From Octopus bimaculoides (taxonomy: Eukaryota): a stretch of 64,000 nucleotides of DNA. Shown in pieces: positions 60,944-64,000 of this stretch (its first letter is position 1; each line of letters opens with the position of its first letter). Below the pieces are notes generated by a model. It saw only the letters and a program-made list of their open reading frames with translations. It ran no database searches and had not been told where the DNA came from. The position numbers and the translations under genes are program-made. Location: assembly GCF_001194135.2 (NCBI RefSeq), contig NC_068991.1, forward strand, positions 52,418,096-52,482,095, written 5' to 3'.

Positions 60944-61812
60944 TATGGTTTGATCAATAAGTATCCGGACTGTTGCCATAGTAACAGGGCTAAAGCATGC
61001 AGTGTTAAGCTGCTTCTTGGTACAGATTGGGCTTGAATTCTATTGTCCATGCACACTAAGCTTTAATGTTTTACCTCACTTCTGCTGTTTACAGCAGTGC
61101 TTGGAAGGAAGGTGTGTAGCGTGTTATTATCATATTGACTATGACAGAGAATCTTCATCAAATTTTGCCAAAAGCTTGGCAATAACTGCTGAGAAGCCTA
61201 CACAAAGTTTTCAAACAATTTTCATCATTCTCGACACAATCAAGGAGAGCTTGTACAGCTGAAACCTGAGTGTCTTTTTAGTCAGCTGAAAGCAGTTTTC
61301 GCACAAACTTGGCAGACTCACATTTTATAACCAAATCTTCAGTGATAATTGACTGAACTGAACCGTAACTGATCTGCATATCTGCTGATAATTCATGGAT
61401 GGTGATTCAATGATTTCCCCTCACAGCTCCATACATATCTGCGATGTTTCACTCAGTTCTACTGGTTGTAGGTCTTCCAGAACGTTTGTCAATATCAACA
61501 GTTCTCAGCCGTCTGAACCATTCATACACTTGTGTGCAGCTCATACACTCCTCTCCATACACTCTCTGCAATTTTGTGCAAGCCTCTGAGCAGGTATCAC
61601 CATGACAACTTCCTCTGTCATGGTCAATGCGACGATCACATGCTACACATGTTCCTTCCAAGCACTGCTGTAAACAGCAGAAGTGAGCTAGAATGTTAAA
61701 ATTTAGTGTGCATGCACAACAGAGTTCAAGGTCAATCTTTGCCAAGAGGCTTCACTCTGTGTGCTTTAGTTTTGTTACTATGGCAACAGTCCAATTTATT
61801 GATAAGACCTTG
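60944..61812. mobile_element. Mariner-derived foldback element made of two inverted left ends
   Basis: ~200-bp inverted arms (60944-~61150 and ~61610-61812). Minus strand encodes the mariner HTH EACTKLQRVYGEECMSCTQVYEWFRR..DKRSGRPTTSRTE. Plus strand from ATG 61141 also starts the transposase (IKFCQKLG..EAYTK across a frameshift). Confidence 0.85.
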
Positions 61813-61898
61813 TATGTATATATATATATATATATGTATGCTTATGTGTGTATGTATGTATGTGTACATGTGTGTGAGTATATATATANNNNNNNNNN

Positions 61899-61932
<34 letters not shown>

Positions 61933-61934
61933 TT

Positions 61935-62177
61935 TTATTCTTTTACTTGTTTCAGCCATTTGACTGTGGCCATGCTGAGGTACTGCCTTTAGTTGAGCAA
62001 ATCAACCTCAGGACTTATTTTTTGTAAGCCTAGTGTTTATTCTATCGGTCTTTTTTGCCGAACTGCTAAGTTACAGGGTCATAAACATACCAGCATTGGT
62101 TGTCAAGCAATGTTGGTGGGGACAAACACAGACACACAAAGAACACATACATACATACATACATATACATATATATA

Positions 62178-62213
<36 letters not shown>

Positions 62214-62390
62214 TATATGTATGTATGAATACAGAATTATTGGTCAGTGGCTCTGTAGTTATGAAGTTAGCAGTTCAACCCTGTAATCTAAGTGTCCAAA
62301 CCAAGTGTGTGGCATTTTGAGTATTTGTCTTCAATCATAGCACTGGGTCCATCCAAGTTTTGTGAGTGAAAATAGATAGACCACAGACTG
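61935..62390 (-). mobile_element. SINE family B, CpG-depleted
   Basis: Consensus CG sites read TG/CA (gtgg, actgcc, gttga, atcaa, acagg). Confidence 0.75.
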
Positions 62391-62712
62391 CATGGTTTCC
62401 TCATCTGGTGGACGAATAAAAATGTCTCACAGTGTAGGCTGATTTCATTTGAGGTTTGTGTGGAGAGTAAGAAGTGTCTGTACAATACTTGAACATGTAT
62501 ATACTATAATAAATAATATTAGTCAACTAAAGAACTCAAGCACTTATTTGTCAAGAACAGGGTCAGAGTTGTTTATTGTGTGTGTATGTATGTTTATGTA
62601 GATTAATACATAGATATACATGCATATGACATATATATAGATATATTGTATCAATATATATGTACTATATATATAGATTGATTCATAGGTATAAATACAT
62701 ATAAGTGATGCA

Positions 62713-62758
<46 letters not shown>

Positions 62759-62951
62759 CGTATGTACACACACATATCAACACATAAATATATGTATACA
62801 CAGACAAACATGCACAAACAAGAAATGGTCACTTTATGNNNNNNNNNNATCAACACATAAATATATGTATACACAGACAAACATGCACAAACAAGAAATG
62901 GTCACTTTATGTGTATTAAATTTATAGCTATGTAAGTTTATCTGTATGTGA

Positions 62952-62996
<45 letters not shown>

Positions 62997-63133
62997 GTTT
63001 ATATATATATATACACACACATACAGATACATGTATTCATATACTCACACTGACACATATTTATTAATCCAATCCATTCTTATTTGACCTTTTCAGTTTC
63101 CTCTATAACAATGTATATTATTAATCACTTGGT

Positions 63134-63165
<32 letters not shown>

Positions 63166-63166
<1 letters not shown>

Positions 63167-63535
63167 TGGGGGAGCATCATAGCCAGGTATTGAGAGAAAA
63201 TTGGGGGAACATCATAGCCATGTGTTGAGAGGATTTCTTTGGAGTTTGAATAATTCACCTCTGGAAACAACCTTAAACATCCTTAAACAACCCTTATTCA
63301 AGGACCCTTTGAGCAGGATGGGCCACTCAACCTGAAGAAAATTCTAACTGGGTTCCACCTGCAAGGTCATGTGCTGTTTATCTTGATATGAGATCACCAT
63401 GTCACGCACATTTGGTTGTGATGCATGTACCTGGTGTACCCTTATCAGACAGGTAGTCATGATGGGTATTCTGGGATTTATATATTTTACCCCAGTATCA
63501 CTTTGATGGCATGCACTGCTTTCTCACTCAATAAC

Positions 63536-63565
<30 letters not shown>
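63166..63565 (+). mobile_element. Unclassified retroposon-like segment flanked by (AAT)n at both ends
   Basis: Higher-GC block ending CTCTCACTC(AAT)n, with a 35-bp tandem duplication at its 5' end. Confidence 0.45.
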
Positions 63566-63566
<1 letters not shown>

Positions 63567-64000
63567 TATGTATAAATTATATTTCTAACATGTCTATATT
63601 TAAGGATCAAGAAAAGAGATATATTGTTACTATGAACATGAAACATTAAACATATTTAACTTCTGTTTTTTAATCATATGAAGAGAGTGGTTTTTTTTTC
63701 TTTCTCTGGTCATAGAAAATATTTCAACAATTGTTCAAAATCCTATGGAAACTGTTTCTCAAAATTTAGCAAATGTGGAGAAAATTAAGTTGTTTTTGCC
63801 AGTCAAAATAAAGAATATCTGGATATTTACACCCAACTTTTTTTCAATTCATTTTCTTTCTTTGTAGATTACTGAAAAAAAATGTGGCTATCAGTTTCTC
63901 TTGATCTCAGAAAAAAATATAATTGATTTGTTAACATGTATGAATTTTGGGCACCGTATAATAAAGCCATTCGCACCGAAAGCATATATATATATATATA

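Noticed and set aside
62775-62915. ~62-bp direct repeat
   Set aside because: The copies straddle a 10-N gap; most likely unmerged contig overlap.

Overview
AT-rich eukaryotic genomic DNA with very dense microsatellites and tRNA-derived SINEs, from a gapped short-read-type assembly in which nearly every N-run is flanked by a simple repeat. The repeat landscape looks like an octopod cephalopod (inference). Only one protein-coding gene is well supported: a BMP2/4 (dpp) orthologue on the + strand. Its two coding exons are 50916-51435 and 53211-54208, joined by a phase-1 GT-AG intron, giving 505 aa. A non-coding first exon is expected upstream but cannot be placed with certainty. Almost all other ORF-track entries are microsatellite or N-gap artefacts. 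The rest is mobile DNA: at least four SINE-like families, five R4/Dong-type (RLE) LINE pieces, two Tx1-like LINE pieces, pogo and mariner remnants, hAT MITEs and several foldback elements. Best leads: (1) an intron-containing tRNA-Lys-derived gene whose anticodon now reads TTC; (2) a fossil CpG-methylation boundary just downstream of BMP2/4, read from SINE decay; (3) a head-to-tail stack of three different RLE-LINE tails; (4) a foldback element with an 8-bp TSD and a telomeric-repeat palindrome at its core; (5) a ~260-bp near-perfect hairpin ~70 nt before the BMP2/4 first coding exon; (6) a mariner foldback built from two left ends; (7) a microsatellite-derived poly-Ser tract in the BMP prodomain. 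Repeat boundaries were read by eye and are approximate unless a TSD or TIR is quoted.
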